The notes under the pieces: generated by a model
The model's database searches: none
What the model was told of the DNA's origin: nothing
The model's input: the letters and a program-made list of their open reading frames with translations, nothing else
Assembly (NCBI GenBank): GCA_951406725.2
Contig: OX597821.1
Span: 31,248,001-31,312,000, forward strand
Length of the DNA stretch: 64,000 nucleotides
Source of the DNA: Octopus vulgaris
Lineage: Eukaryota
Direction: 5' to 3'
Made by a program: the position numbers and the translations under genes
In this document: positions 39,602-53,186 of the stretch, one piece after another
Position numbering within the stretch: position 1 is the first letter of the stretch
Layout: every line of letters starts with the position of its first letter

Positions 39602-40039
39602 GAATATTTTTTGTTTGAACGGCAGTTTTTCTAGCGGTGTCATATGAAATTGTCACCCATAATTATAACCCTAGAATCGATCTATTGCATTTCAATCTCT
39701 TTTAGGGTTAGGGTTAGTTAGGGTTAAGGTTAGGGTTAGGAGTGTGGGAAGGCTATCTTTTTTTCTTCACAAATGTAAATAAACCCAATCTGTTTCTTAA
39801 ATGAGGGACATATTCATACGGCACAGAATGCTTTTTAACTCAACAGACGTCACTGATTGGTTGAAATTGCAGAAATTGAAGAAAAAAAACCAACAAATAT
39901 CTTACAAAGTATAGAATTTTCTCAATAAAGCCAGGAGAAAAATATGTTTTATAAACTCATTCTACCAGTATACGAAGTTAAAACTTTTTTAGTTACCTAG
40001 AAATTACGTTAAAAACTGCCGTTCAAACCGTAAAGATCC
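39602..40039. mobile_element. MITE with about 28-bp TIRs, an 8-bp TSD and internal TTAGGG repeats
   Basis: gtttgaacggcagttttt / aaaaactgccgttcaaac. AGAATATT duplicated at 39594-39601 and 40040-40047. Confidence 0.82.
39701..39740 (+). repeat. Interstitial telomere-like (TTAGGG)n, about 6 imperfect units
   Basis: ttagggttagggttagttagggttaaggttagggttagg. Confidence 0.85.
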
Positions 40040-41731
40040 AGAATATTCTAACGAACTGCTAATACATTTCATTTTTACCGAGTTCTCTATATCAAATAAC
40101 CTAAAATATAAAAGGAAACTTTGACCGAAGTGCATTAAACACCCTTAAATGCATCACTTTATATGCATTAATATTTTTACGTCTGTTCAACCATGAGCAT
40201 TCTTTTTTTTTTCAGTAATTAACCATGTCCTACATTTAAACATTCGGAATAAATTATATAGAGAATTAATCAGTACAACTTCTCTCTCACTTGAAACCAT
40301 TATATATTTTTCTTCCATGCTACGTATCATTCTGTTATTCAGTATATGTTATTTGGTGTCAGGCATGTGGATGACGACTTAGTTGGAATATTCCGAAACG
40401 AATCTCTCCTATGCAATTGGTTGCCACTTAGATTTGTTTCCTCCTTGAATTACCACATATAATTCCTTATTTACATAGCTGTATACACTCTAAGACATTG
40501 CCAGTAGCACTTATCCTTAGCAATACATAAAGCATTATCATCCTTAAAAATCTAAGGCTTTTATATTTTTGATACAATAAGTTAAATTTCTGATTAGATT
40601 CATGAGACTTTTGTTCCATATTTTAAAAAAAATCAAAAGGATTACGAATTGTAAAACGAACAAATAAGAAAGAAAGAGAATTTTTGTCATGCAGAATTTA
40701 CTTAAAATGTGTGATGAAATTTTATTGAATGCTTGACAGTTCAATATTCATTTGTCATGATTCTATTCAATGAAGTTAGCAGTTTATAAAAATAATTTGG
40801 ATAAACACCACTGAAATTGATATCAAATATACATACTAGATTTAATAATGATATTTACAAATATAATGAATGATAAAAAATCTAAATAACTTACGTCTGA
40901 ATATATGAAACAATAAATTAATTTCCATTTAAAATAATTTGATTTTATATATTTTTTTTTATAGTTTTGCTAGAGAAATATTTGACAGTATTTGCGGGAA
41001 CAATAATCTGCATGTAAATGCGGATTTTTGAATAAAAACATTTCCAAAACACTTCCCTGAATTATTGGCTGATATTTCGACTAATTATTTTTATGCTTCT
41101 TCTTTTACGGACTTTGCAAAATGCGTCAAACAATAATTATTTGATGAATATTTTATCAGCCTCACTCGCCAAAGGGTATATTATTTGATTCAGCAGGATT
41201 TCAAATAAAGAATGTTGCCAACGAGTTAAACTGGAGCATGATATTGTTCCAGAGCACAGGCTCTAATCCTACTGTATGAACTGAGAATGAAGAATACTGA
41301 TCACTTTTCATCGCATAGCAATGAAGGAGTAAATACAGGTTTATATTTTTTTTAAAGAAAGACTGAAATAGGGTGAGCATATATCCTACTATATTGATTT
41401 GTAGTAGAAGGAAAGCAAAATGACTGTCAGCCACACTCCAAATCATAGCGTAAATAGGGCTAACCCATTAGCAAACAACAAACAGCATCATTGTCTTTTT
41501 ACTGTGTAACGCTTTCCATTTTATATATTGCAATGAGAGGAACAGGCGCGAGAATGTTGAGGGAAATGATAAAAACAAGTTGCATGTTTGACAGTTCTTA
41601 TCGAAGTCATTAAATGTAACAGGAATATTAACTGCTTTCAATGTAAAATTGAATGAAATCTGACATGTATTTGTACAATGTGATGGAGGTTCATATATAT
41701 GATAATATGATAAACATGGTATATTTATTTA

Positions 41732-41767
<36 letters not shown>

Positions 41768-41957
41768 TATATAGATAGATAGATAGATACATACATACAT
41801 AGGTATGTGTGTACATGTGCATGCATATACAATTATATATTAATGCGTGTGTTATATATATATAAGTTTTATATGTATAACTATCTATCTATCTATCTCT
41901 ATATATTTATATATATATACATATATATTGATATATATATATATATAAATATATTGA

Positions 41958-41994
<37 letters not shown>

Positions 41995-42003
41995 GCATAC
42001 ATA

Positions 42004-42065
<62 letters not shown>

Positions 42066-42278
42066 AATATATTAATAAAAGAATTCCATTGTCTGATTTT
42101 CACGTTTTATTTACAATCTTATAATGATATATTATATATATATATATAATAAAATAAATGAAATAGTAGAATGTTAAATATTCATTCTGATATAGTACTT
42201 TCATGCATTGAATTCTGCAATATATAGTGTTGACAGTCATATTTTTGATTTATATATAAATATATATTTATAAATATT

Positions 42279-42327
<49 letters not shown>

Positions 42328-42334
42328 GTATCTA

Positions 42335-45300
42335 TCTAACTGTCAACCGGTTTCACTTTCGCTTATCATGACATTGAAATTATTGTGATTTCCTATTTTT
42401 CTTATGAAGAAATTACTCTATATTGTGTGTGCAGTAGTTTATGAATGAATTATTCAACAAGTAGAAAAATCTAAGGGGAAGTAATTGGTGATCATTATTA
42501 TTGGGGGCAGGAGAGGTTACTATTCATCTTTCGGCGATGTGGGAATACATAGATATATACAAAAACTCAAAAGTTTAAGCAGTCAGATGATACATGCACA
42601 ATGTTGGGTATGTGATCATGACTCAAAATATATAGTGAGATCAAAGTTTGTTATGCGTTCATATTTAGACATCTGTATCTTACGATGAACAAGTTTTCAT
42701 AATTTAAACGTACTTGAATAGAAATTGAATTGCACCGGTACATGGGTAAAGACTGTGAAGTTGTGTCGTATATTTCCTGCACATCTCTCTATGTGTTCAC
42801 TCAAAGTAATGTGTCAGTATTACGGGAATCGGATTGATTCTTTATGTAATGTGGTTCTCCGTCTTCCTGTCACACTTCTCTGTCCAGTATAGTTATGTTC
42901 AAAACCTGAGCAAGTTATAACATAAATTTGATTCTCGGAAACACAAGTGACATTGGTTTTAATTGTGAACATCCCTCCTTGTTTGAATAAGAACTCCAGA
43001 CCATCCAGTAGGTTGCAGCATGATCCACAGTTTGGCCGTCTACATTTTTCAGCCGTTGGTTTCGTGGTAGTGCAAAGCTTCGCATTTGTTAGAAGTCTTT
43101 TAGCGATTTGTGTTGTTTCTGTGCTTTTGATGAAGTTATGTATTTTCAAAATGTTGTTCATTTTTGGATCTCTAGTCAGCATAGGTAAATTTTGTACAAT
43201 AGAGTTGTATACCTTATTGTTTTTAGGTTTGTGAGTTGATATATACAGTAGTGTTTTGAGATGAGATGCAGTGATACGTTTTGTTACCCTTAGTGTTTTA
43301 GTGTATAATTGCTTAGCACGCTTAATTCCAACGCCTATAAGTGAGGGTGGATATTATGTTCCAGATGACGAACGTACTGAGTAATCGTATCAGACACTAT
43401 TGTGCAAATCCTTTTTGCTAAATTAAAAGGGATATTTCTTTCTATGTGTTTCGGGTGGCATGAACTAAACAGGAGATGTTGCTACGGGTCAGTTGGTTTA
43501 TGATAAATGTCAGTTATAATTTGGTTTATGAATATTTTTTTATCATAATATCCAGGAAAGGGAGCTGTTGTTTGCTATATTCCACTGTAAATTTAATGTT
43601 AGGGTTTTTATTTTATTTTGTATTGATTTGAATTCCAAAAGTTTATCAATGGTCTCCTTTCAAATGGCAAAACATTCATCCAGGTATCTTTTCCAGTTCT
43701 CTCTTATATAATGGTGAAATGGATAGCCAAATTTTTGCAGTGACACTTCATATATAGTGAATTCAAAATAACCCATTACTATGTTCGCAAGAACAAGGAC
43801 TGCTTTCGTTCCCATCGCAATTCCGCATATTCGACGATAATGGGTATCATTCAGTAGGAAGTATCAATTATAAAGAATCAATAATAAAGACAAGGTTCAT
43901 GCGATCCCGAAGTACTTTGGAGTAATTTTCCAACCAGAATTGTATTGCTTCTATTCCGTAATCATGTGGGATGTTGGTGTAAAGAATGATAACATCAGAG
44001 GAAACCAATAATGCCGCATCAGTAGTTGTTTCTGGTAGGTGCTCTAGCTTGTCTAAATCGTCTCTAATGGAAGGTTTGATGTATTTGAGCAAGGGGTTCA
44101 TTAGGATGTCTAGAAAACTGGTTCGGCAATGGGTTCCACAGTCTGGGCCAGCTATAATGGATCTTAACTTTAAGTTGTCTGGCGCTTAGATATTTATGTC
44201 TTTGCCTGGTGATTGTTGGCAGGTTTCATTAACTACCTTGCTCTCTTGTATTTTAATTTAAAAAAAGGATAGGTTTACCTTTAAAGACTTGATGTAATCT
44301 ATTTATTTTTCTGTCAGGCTTTTTCCAAACAGAAGTATTAGGGATACCAGATTTTTCATTGTGTCTTGTTGTTTATAGTTTACAACTTTTTCGTAGAAGT
44401 TGTCGTTTTTTATCATGGATAATACTAGGCATTTGTAGTATTCTGTGTCCATCAGGACTACAGCACTTCATTTGTCTGCTTCTTGTACAGCCAATTCTTT
44501 GTCATTTTGTAGTTTAATCAGATTTTTCCATTCTGCACTGTTAAGATTTCAATTGATTTTCAGATTATGGAAAGTATTTGGTAAATTTCTGATATGGACG
44601 CAGAAGTCATGTAATATTTTATTCCCTCATTTAAGTGGAAGATAATTACTTCAGTGATTAATCCTCGTTGTTTATCAGTTACTGCTTCTGCGGGTGTTTT
44701 TGTTTTTTTTTTGCAGAATTCCGAAATATTGTCTTTAATTTCATTATGGTCAGATCTTCGTGGGGTTGGGATGGATGTTAATCCTTTACCTAGTATAGAG
44801 ACTTTTGTTGCGGAGAGAGTTTTCTTTGATAAATTTATTACTTTGAATTTCTCCTGTATGGTTTGTTCCAACATGCATCCCTGTTTCTCTCCACCCGGTC
44901 TAAAATGTGTTCAGTGTAATTTGGTCGGTAGACGTTATCAGTGTTATTATTGCTATTAATTATATTAGGAATGCTGTGGAGTTGGTGTTGCTGTTCGGGT
45001 AAATTTTTTAGAAGCACCTTGCTCGAGTTTCTTCGCTGGAATAAATTATTAGGATGATTAATCATATGTGAGAACCTGAGGATTTGATTTTTCTTTCTGG
45101 GTAAATATGACGAAATTCCGTAGGTTGAGTTTCTTCAACGCTTCAATTTTCTGAGGAGAAATAATTACGCCTATCACTAGACTGGTTATTTCTAGTATTT
45201 CTTATTGATGAATTGTTTCTATTACTAAATTGAGAACGGCTTACTTCCATTTGAAAAGTTAATTTTGTGTGTTTTTTGTCTCTTAGATGTTTATAATTTC

Positions 45301-45350
45301 ATTTAGTTGGACCTCAATTTATTTCTGTAGATGTGTATTTTAAAAATACA
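42335..45350 (-). mobile_element. Near full-length but decayed Penelope-like element (Neptune-like): RT, Cys-rich linker, GIY-YIG
   Basis: VINLSKKTLS..LGKGL..PTP; LVSSDVIILYTNIPH; GIAMGTK; WKRYLDECF; LPFLDI; KCRRPNCGSC...TCVSENQIYVITCSG..YTGQ. Many stops and frameshifts. Confidence 0.92.
42341..42373 (-). ncRNA. Minimal hammerhead with a variant or mutated core, at the PLE 3' end
   Basis: tgtc-ATGATAA-gcgaaagt-GAAA-ccgg-TT-gaca. All three stems form; positions 3 and 8 deviate from C and G. Confidence 0.55.
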
Positions 45351-45383
45351 CATATATTAACCCAATTGAATGCAGATCAATAG

Positions 45384-45438
<55 letters not shown>

Positions 45439-45789
45439 CACGCATATATATATATATATATAGATATATATATATATAGATAGATAGATAACAAATATAG
45501 ATTAAAATAATGTAAAAACAGTTGAGGTGTAAATAAGGTAAAATTGTTTGAGTTGTAAATAAAGTAAAACATATATTGATTATGTAGAAAAGCGTCTAAG
45601 TCGTCAGGTTGCAAAAAAATAGTTTTAGATATTTCAAAGAGCAAATAACTACAAAACAATAAACGATTAAACATTAAGGAAAAGTCCTGTTATTAGAGGA
45701 TGTTCATTCGACGTTCGTTCCTGGGGTACAATTTAGTAAGGTAAGAAAGTTCAAAATTTCACTTATGCTAGCAAATAATATCCACTTCA

Positions 45790-47400
45790 TTAGGAAGACA
45801 TTCTCCATAACGAAGTAATATTTCTTTATTGCCCACCGCGGGATAAACGAAGAGGGGGCAATTCAATGACAGACAAACTTATAAGTGGGAAGAAAAGAAA
45901 AATGAATGAAAAGATGGGATTGAATAAAGATAATAGAATGAAGGACACGCGACCCCACACCCGAGCGACCTCACTTAATACATTTGACACACTTTCTTTT
46001 TATATAATTAAAAGTTAGTTTCAATGTGATCAAAGGCCAATCTTGGAGGCAACGTACGCCAATTTCCCTTTCTAGGTCCACTAGTTTATCTCCATACTTT
46101 TTCTTTAACTTAATCCTGTCTTGGTTGCTCACCATTCGCACACAACGTGCTCGGGCCAATCCTTGCACTTTGAAATGTCCACCTGCACATCAGTGTTTAT
46201 TTCTGTTCTTGAAGCATTGGCATATAAAATAGCATACTTTATATCTGCGTTTCTTTTTTTTTTCTTTTGGGGAATGGATGTTGAAATCTCGGGCATCTGG
46301 ATGTCAGTGCAAGTGTCTGTACCAGCAGAGCAGGGTGAGGGTGTGTGATTACAGGAGGAGGGTGGAAAATGATGGCATTGCGTGGGAGCCGGATGTGAGT
46401 AGGGTGGGGTTCATATTTTCCTCTTTCTTTTCTTTCCTCTTTATTGTATTTTCGTTCAGATTACCATCCTTGTTCCACTTCAGACACCTGGTTCTCGTCC
46501 TCCTCAACCTTCATCTCAACCTCACAGGATGTCGCAAGAGGTGGAGGTGCGCCCTCTTTCATTTTTTTGCGCTGGGTGGTGGGCTTCTGCTTTTATGTGA
46601 ACCATTTTCCACGTTCAAAGCATCGGGGCGTCTTACCTTCCAACATAACTCTCAACTTTACGTCTTCACCGACTATGATGGTTTCCACCATCCTCTCCTA
46701 ACATCAGAGGCAACCTGGATTACCATTTCCAGGCCCTGCTCTTGCCAATTCCTCGTAGATACTTTCTTGGCCTGGAGGCCAATGCCAATTGGATGGCAGG
46801 TACCAACCAGACAACATCCACCTGAAGAGGGATCTATTCTATTCTTACACTGGAAGCAAGTCTTCCCAGCTATCTGGGCAGAAGAACTACCTTTTCCGTC
46901 TCGAGGGGAGTCATAGCCACAGACTCCGACTCAAACTGCATCACCATCGTTGCAAATTTTTTTCCTTTAGTATGATATTTTATTTCTTCCATGAGACCCT
47001 CAAAGTCCTTTCAACCGCTGCTTTGGTTGCGACCTCTCTTCAATGGTTTTTCACACTGTACTTCTGTACATTATAGTTCTGCATGTGACTTCTTCCATGG
47101 TCTCGCTGGGAGGGGACACCTTTACCTAATTACCCTCCTTTTCAAGCATTTCTTTAAATGTGCTTAAATCTCTTAGGCATATGTCTTCACTCTTCTCCTT
47201 CACCCCCTCTGCAAAATACTTCACCACTCCCACTTCATCTATTTTCTTTAAACATTTCACTAGCTCTTCCTCAGACGACGACAAGCCTGAGGAGCTAATA
47301 TTTCCTGTTAACATTTCCAATACCGCGCTTCCCCCCTCAAGCAAGCGAGAAAGGCGTTAACAAGGCCGCCGTAGGTGGCAAAGCAAGGTGTCGTTAGACA
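45790..47400 (-). mobile_element. Decayed element encoding only a gag/ORF1-like protein (L1/Tx1-type zinc knuckle)
   Basis: Frames read MLEGGSAV...EIKYHTKGKKFATMVMQF..VLLPR*LGRLASSVRIE*IP..VMLEGKTPRCFERGKMVHIKAE (degenerate CCHC knuckle). A pyrimidine-rich 3' region and AATAAA follow at about 45825-45830. Confidence 0.55.
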
Positions 47401-47699
47401 GTAAATTTACAGAAAACAAATTAAACTTACAATACAAGAATTTAAACAATCTAAAATGGAAACTCCGTAACAAATTACATCATAAAATAATATATTGGAA
47501 CCTAATAGATGTTTATATAGGCTTTGTAGTTACTATATAAATGGCATAACGAGAAATTTACATTGGAGTAGTCCAAATATAAATTTAGGAGTGGAGATAG
47601 ATCTAGCTTCTTAATATATTTCCTAACGTATGGGTGCGGTTTGAAACAACTGTCAGGTGGCCTATTTTTATAAGATTGTAAAGAAGTAGAGAGTATTTT

Positions 47700-48040
47700 A
47701 TGATTTCATGAAGGAATGGGATTTGTAAACCTACTTAATATATTAGAGGTATACAGTTTAATACGACTCCCTGAAACATAATATACACCTGTAAGAATTT
47801 GCCCCATAATGGGGCGGGGCTTCGCAATTATATAACACGAGAGATCGTAGTTCAAGTTATTATTCCCAAGTTTATTTACATAGGTTCCTAGGGGAGTAGA
47901 GTTACTGTACTTAGGGTTTGTGAAGGAATTAAAGTGGACCCTGTTTCTCCTATTGATTCCCACATTGCTATCTATATATACCCTATTCTATTTATTAGGT
48001 ACCCTGACAATTCTTTTGTATATAACATTATACTGAAGAC
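47700..48040 (-). pseudogene. Penelope GIY-YIG endonuclease remnant
   Basis: HFNSFTNPKYSNSTPLGTYVNKL..YDLSCYIIAK / PYNGANSYRCILCFRES across a frameshift. Confidence 0.7.
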
Positions 48041-48553
48041 ATACACCGGCGAGCGGACAAATACTAGGGCTTCTATAATTACAGATAGTTTTTAATGGCG
48101 TCCTTTTATACCTGTCTTTACTTTTCTTTTAATTTTTGTTTTTAATTTTATAGTGTTTATTGTCATTGCTTTCATCATCTAGTGGCAGAATATCCTATTA
48201 TATACACATCAATGAATGATCTTCATTATTTAGTACTTTAAAATCTAAATTTACTGTATTAGCCGTATGTTTAATTCTATTTTATTATTACTTCTATTAG
48301 TACCTGGATCTTTCACTAACACTTTATTACTCGTTTTTAGTTGCTCGCATATAAGATTTCATGTAATTATTTGCGAGTACGCCGCATTGGTAGATTACGT
48401 TTTTAGTTTTACAAATAGTGGAGAATTCACAATTATGTTTATCTCTGGAGTCACATAACTTATACGCACATATAATCTTAATAATTTAATGGTCAATACA
48501 CCTGTACTTACGGTACTATCCGCTGGCGTGATTCCTAGATATACAGATATATA

Positions 48554-48624
<71 letters not shown>

Positions 48625-48693
48625 ATATAGTCAAACACAAATACATTCACACACGTATATATGTATGCGTGTGAATATATGTATATATATATA

Positions 48694-48735
<42 letters not shown>

Positions 48736-49429
48736 CCTGTGTATCTGTGTACGTATATGGATGCATATATGAGTATCTGTATACGTCTTTGTGTGTCTGT
48801 GTACGTGTGTTTTGCGTGACTGTAGGTAAACATTATGTTACAATTATTTCTTATTGCAAATGTAACTACTGGTGTGTGGTGCACCTGTATGCTAGCACCA
48901 TGAGATCAGTAACTTTTTCATGAATTGCATTGTATATTTGGAAATTGTTTTAGGGTTCTCAGATTTATACTTTTCTCTGACTCATTATTGATTGTAGCAT
49001 TGTTTTCAATATATGGTTAGGATCAGTTTATGGAAATGATTTCAATGCCACAACACCAAGTTAATACAAACATAACTTACAGGTTTTCACGGAGGTTAAG
49101 TATCTGGTTAACAGCGTAAACTCTAAATGTAAACTTCCTGATGTGCAACCCGACCGCACTTAAAAATTTTACTCTCTGCATAATGAAAAGTTGCTTTATT
49201 ATATACGAAAGCAAAACAGGCTGTTCGAAGACGAATAACACTTTGTATCCTGATTACGCTTTGATAATATAGTAACCATAGCAGTCTGATCATCAGTATG
49301 ATATTTGCGCTTAAGTGTACTTCATTCTTCATAATAAATTGCTAGAGTTTTATTCAGAAATATGCAGAGAAAATATAGTAAGAAAAATATCAAACCGAAA
49401 TATTGGCGTGGTTTTGATATGACACGTAC

Positions 49430-49640
49430 AGAAGACGGCGGCTGGCGGAATCATTAGTAAACTAGAGAAAAAGATTAGCGGCATTTCGTTTGTTTTTACG
49501 GTGTGATTCCAAATTCCAACTTTGCCTTTCATCACTCCGAGATCGATACAGTAATTACTAGCTAAGCACTGGAAGCGATGTAACTGACTTTACCGATCCC
49601 ACGAAATTGCTGGTCTTGTGCCAAAATTTGAAGCCAATAT
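49430..49640 (+). mobile_element. SINE, family C, diverged
   Basis: ggcggctggcggaatcattag..tttgcctttcatcactccgagatcgata..gcactggaagcgatgtaactgact..cttgtgccaaaatttgaagcc. Confidence 0.7.
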
Positions 49641-49648
49641 GTCATCCC

Positions 49649-49681
<33 letters not shown>

Positions 49682-49684
<3 letters not shown>

Positions 49685-49996
49685 CCGTGATCTCCATGAC
49701 CGACTAGGTTATTAGATGTTACTAAACATCGCTGATCACATTGCGCTTCGCATTGTTTTAGCCTTCAAATGACGCCACCCCGGTTGCTAAGCGAGCAGGC
49801 CAACAGAAGAAAGTGTGTGAGAAAGTTGTGGCGAAAGAGTACAGCAGGGATCGCCCCCCCCCCCACCTGCAGGAGCCTCGTGGAGCTTTAGGGTGTTTTC
49901 GCCCAATAAACACTCACAACGCCCAGTCTGGGAATCGAAATCGCGATCCTACGACCGCGAGTCCGCTGCACTAACCACTAGGCTATTGCACCTCCA
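49682..49996 (-). mobile_element. tRNA-derived SINE, family D
   Basis: The minus-strand head tggaggtgcaatagcctagtggttagtgcagcggactcgcggtcgtaggatcgcgatttcgattccc has A and B boxes. Confidence 0.85.
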
Positions 49997-50024
49997 CACA
50001 CAAACACACACACACACACACACA

Positions 50025-50125
<101 letters not shown>

Positions 50126-50854
50126 GTGCAGCGACAAAGAGGGTGTGTCTGTCACAACAGAAAGATTTTGTGGAAGTCTTCTATTGATTGCAAATACTTA
50201 TGATCTACTGATCACCTCTATCGAGAAACTGTCGATTAAACAGAATCTGCACTCGATAGAATTTTGTTTTCGACTAGTGGAAGATGAAAAGCACAAGGTG
50301 CAAATTGTTTGATTTTAATGTAACTACAGTAGATGTGGCCCTCTCCAGATTCTGCCAAATTTCGAATAATAATTTTATATACCAACTTACTTTTGCTTGT
50401 GGAAATATTTACGATTCAAAATCCAATTATCGTCAAATCATAATAGGAAATCATTGTGTATGAAAGAAGTAAATATTTACTTGCATTTGGGAAGCTTACA
50501 ACACAGGTTGCATACAATCATGTTTGTTGAATTTGCAGCAAGCCAATTCACATACTGCAAATTACAAATAGTAAGCAGTGATTAAGGAAGGTCTTTTGAA
50601 ACAAAAATATTGTCGAGCATTGTGTAAGTGCTAACAAGACATTGCTGCAATTTTAGTAAAATAAAACAATAAAATCAATAACAAGTCTATTTTGCGCTTT
50701 AAATTCGTTAGGTATATATCATATTAGAAAGAAGAGTGGCCGAGCAATTTGGAGCTGAAAAGTGACACCGAACGCAAGCACACACACACAACACAGTTTC
50801 ATTGATACATAGAGATATATGCAGAGCTCTTCTCCATATGTATGTATATACAAT

Positions 50855-51120
50855 AGATAGCAAGATAGGTAGATACATACAACAATAGACAGACTGATAA
50901 GTAGATAGATAAATATGTAGATAGATTGATTGATAGATATATAGATAGGTAGGTAGATAGATAGATAGACAGATAGATATATATATACAGATAGATAGAC
51001 AGACAGGCAGGCAGAAAGACAGATAGACAGATAGATAGATAGATAGGTAGATAGAAACACACATACATACACGCAGACATACATATACTATTATGTATAA
51101 GTATGAATGTATGTGTGTTA
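50855..51120. repeat. Degenerate (GATA/GACA)n tract
   Basis: Direct reading. Confidence 0.9.
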
Positions 51121-52677
51121 AATCGACTACACAAACGTTTGCGGAACCTATTTGATGATTGGTTAGTCGTAGATGCGTAAGTCGCAATTATGGTATTCAT
51201 TAGCAGCACCTACCTACATGGTTGTGCGAAATAAAAGAGGTGGAATCACGTTTTCCGAAACTAAATGCATTAGAAAAATCAATGTAAGACGTATTTTCAA
51301 TTACGTGCAGCTCTTCTTTACAAATTTATATCAAATTATGGTATAAATCTAAAATTGGGTTCATACTTTGAAACACACAAACCTCTCGCTTACTCTTCTA
51401 TTTATCTCACTTAATCTATCTGCAATTGCATACAGACATATATACAACCCACACAGACGCACAAAGCCACATACCGATGGATACACACAGACGCACGCAC
51501 ATTTATATATATTTAATGTGTTTATATCTGTGTCTGTACTTGTATTTAGATCGTTCTTTGTGTACATATATTGCATACACATTTGCACAAACAGTTACAC
51601 ACGCACTAAAGCACATACACACATATATGCATTAGAGAAACTTGTGTTAATAATGAACTTCCATTAGGCATTGGGCTGTCATGTTGTGGAATAATGGATG
51701 TAAGTGAACAGTGCGTTGTTTATGCACTCGAGTGAAATGTTTTAAGGCAACTGAGCAAAGAATATTACCATTGAGAAGCATAGAAAATAAAAGTAGTTGA
51801 CATCAGAAAGAGAAATGGGGAGACAGAAGGAGATAGAGAGGGAGGGGGAGAGAAGGGAAAGTGTGAGAAATAATTAGAAATAAGTACTGTAGAGTTATAA
51901 AATTAACGGGATAAATATGTAGACATTAAACGTTCAATATCACCCAATGGTCATTCCTTACGCTTACGGTTGACAAAATAAGGACAAAAACGATTCGCGT
52001 CACGGAAAGACACTACATCATTTCCAAGCGTTTTTGTATAGACCAGTATTGTTTTGTGTTATATCATTCTGTGTATCACAGATTCTTTTTCTTTCAAGTA
52101 AACGTGGGGATCTCCGCAGAGTACCGTACATGGATGAACAAGGTAAAGGTTGCAACCATGAAATTTGCGACTTCAGCATTTTCTACCGAATTTTTTAAAA
52201 GATATTTGACATTAGTAAGATATTCTTACTTTGACACATTGCGATATTTTATTGAGGAAACAGTTTTTAATTTGATTGTTTATTTAAAAACTATTAGTGT
52301 TAATTTACATTTGGTTATATGGGTTATGATCTGATTTAGCTGATATTTGATCATGTATTCAGCTTTTGTATCGACAGTAATACTTTTCATGTGTGGTTTC
52401 TGAAATTTAAGTAGCTTTAGTTTCTGATATATTCGTGTATGTTTAATGTATATATTGTGCAATGCATGTCACTTACCATTTCTTCTTCATCATCCTAGGA
52501 TTTGCCTCTATGTATTAGATTACTAATTATTGGCAAGTATTTTTGTGACAATTTTCGTATTTCGCTCTTACATTGTTGGGGAGAAGAGAACCTAAATTCA
52601 GTTATTTTTAGTAATATGTTTGTCCATGACAATCTGTGATGATATTCTGTATCGGTATATATGCCTTTGGTGTAACA

Positions 52678-53186
52678 CAGTGGTTCTCAACAGATTTTTG
52701 ACCATGATCCACCGAATCATTTCTAAAATCCTGAATCCCTCCTTGTCATATTTAATTTTTGTTATTCAAATCTTTACAATATTACCCGGAAACAGAATTT
52801 AAAAAATAGTGCAACACACGTAAAAAAAATGTATAGGAAACGAATATGAAAAAAAAAAGGGCGGAAATCAACAGGAAGGGCAAGGTCGTCGGAAAATTTA
52901 CAACTTCGGTGTATTTTCCTCATAAATTTTAGGAAAAGGTTTTTTTTTTCTAATGAAATTTTATATATTTGATAAAATTGTCCGCAGAAGGGATGTGAAG
53001 AATTTTTGTTTTTAGTAACTCATTCTCGAATTGCCGCCTTTCCTCTTATTGGTATACTAAACATTGTGTTTAAAGAGTATAAATTCAACATAACACTATG
53101 CATGCCTGACTAAAATATTACCATGCCTCAATAAAATATTACCACGTTCCACCGGTGGGGTGTGCGCTACGCATTGGGAATCACGG
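52678..53186. mobile_element. hAT (Charlie-like) non-autonomous element
   Basis: TIRs cagtggttctcaac / attgggaatcacgg. 8-bp TSD gtgtaaca / gtgtaaaa. Confidence 0.7.

Noticed and set aside
45540-45612. Minus-strand CTGACGA motif
   Set aside because: No GAAA or stem I partner at a suitable distance.
46278-46916. 212-aa plus-strand ORF
   Set aside because: Antisense to the decayed gag/ORF1-like sequence; no recognisable domain.
47615-47662. GAAAcaactGTCagg hammerhead-like half near a PLE remnant
   Set aside because: The 5' core is unrecognisable and it lies on the opposite strand to the neighbouring ORF.
52082-52142. Possible small exon ILFLSSKRGDLRRVPYMDEQ
   Set aside because: Moderate splice signals, no recognisable homology and no partner exons.
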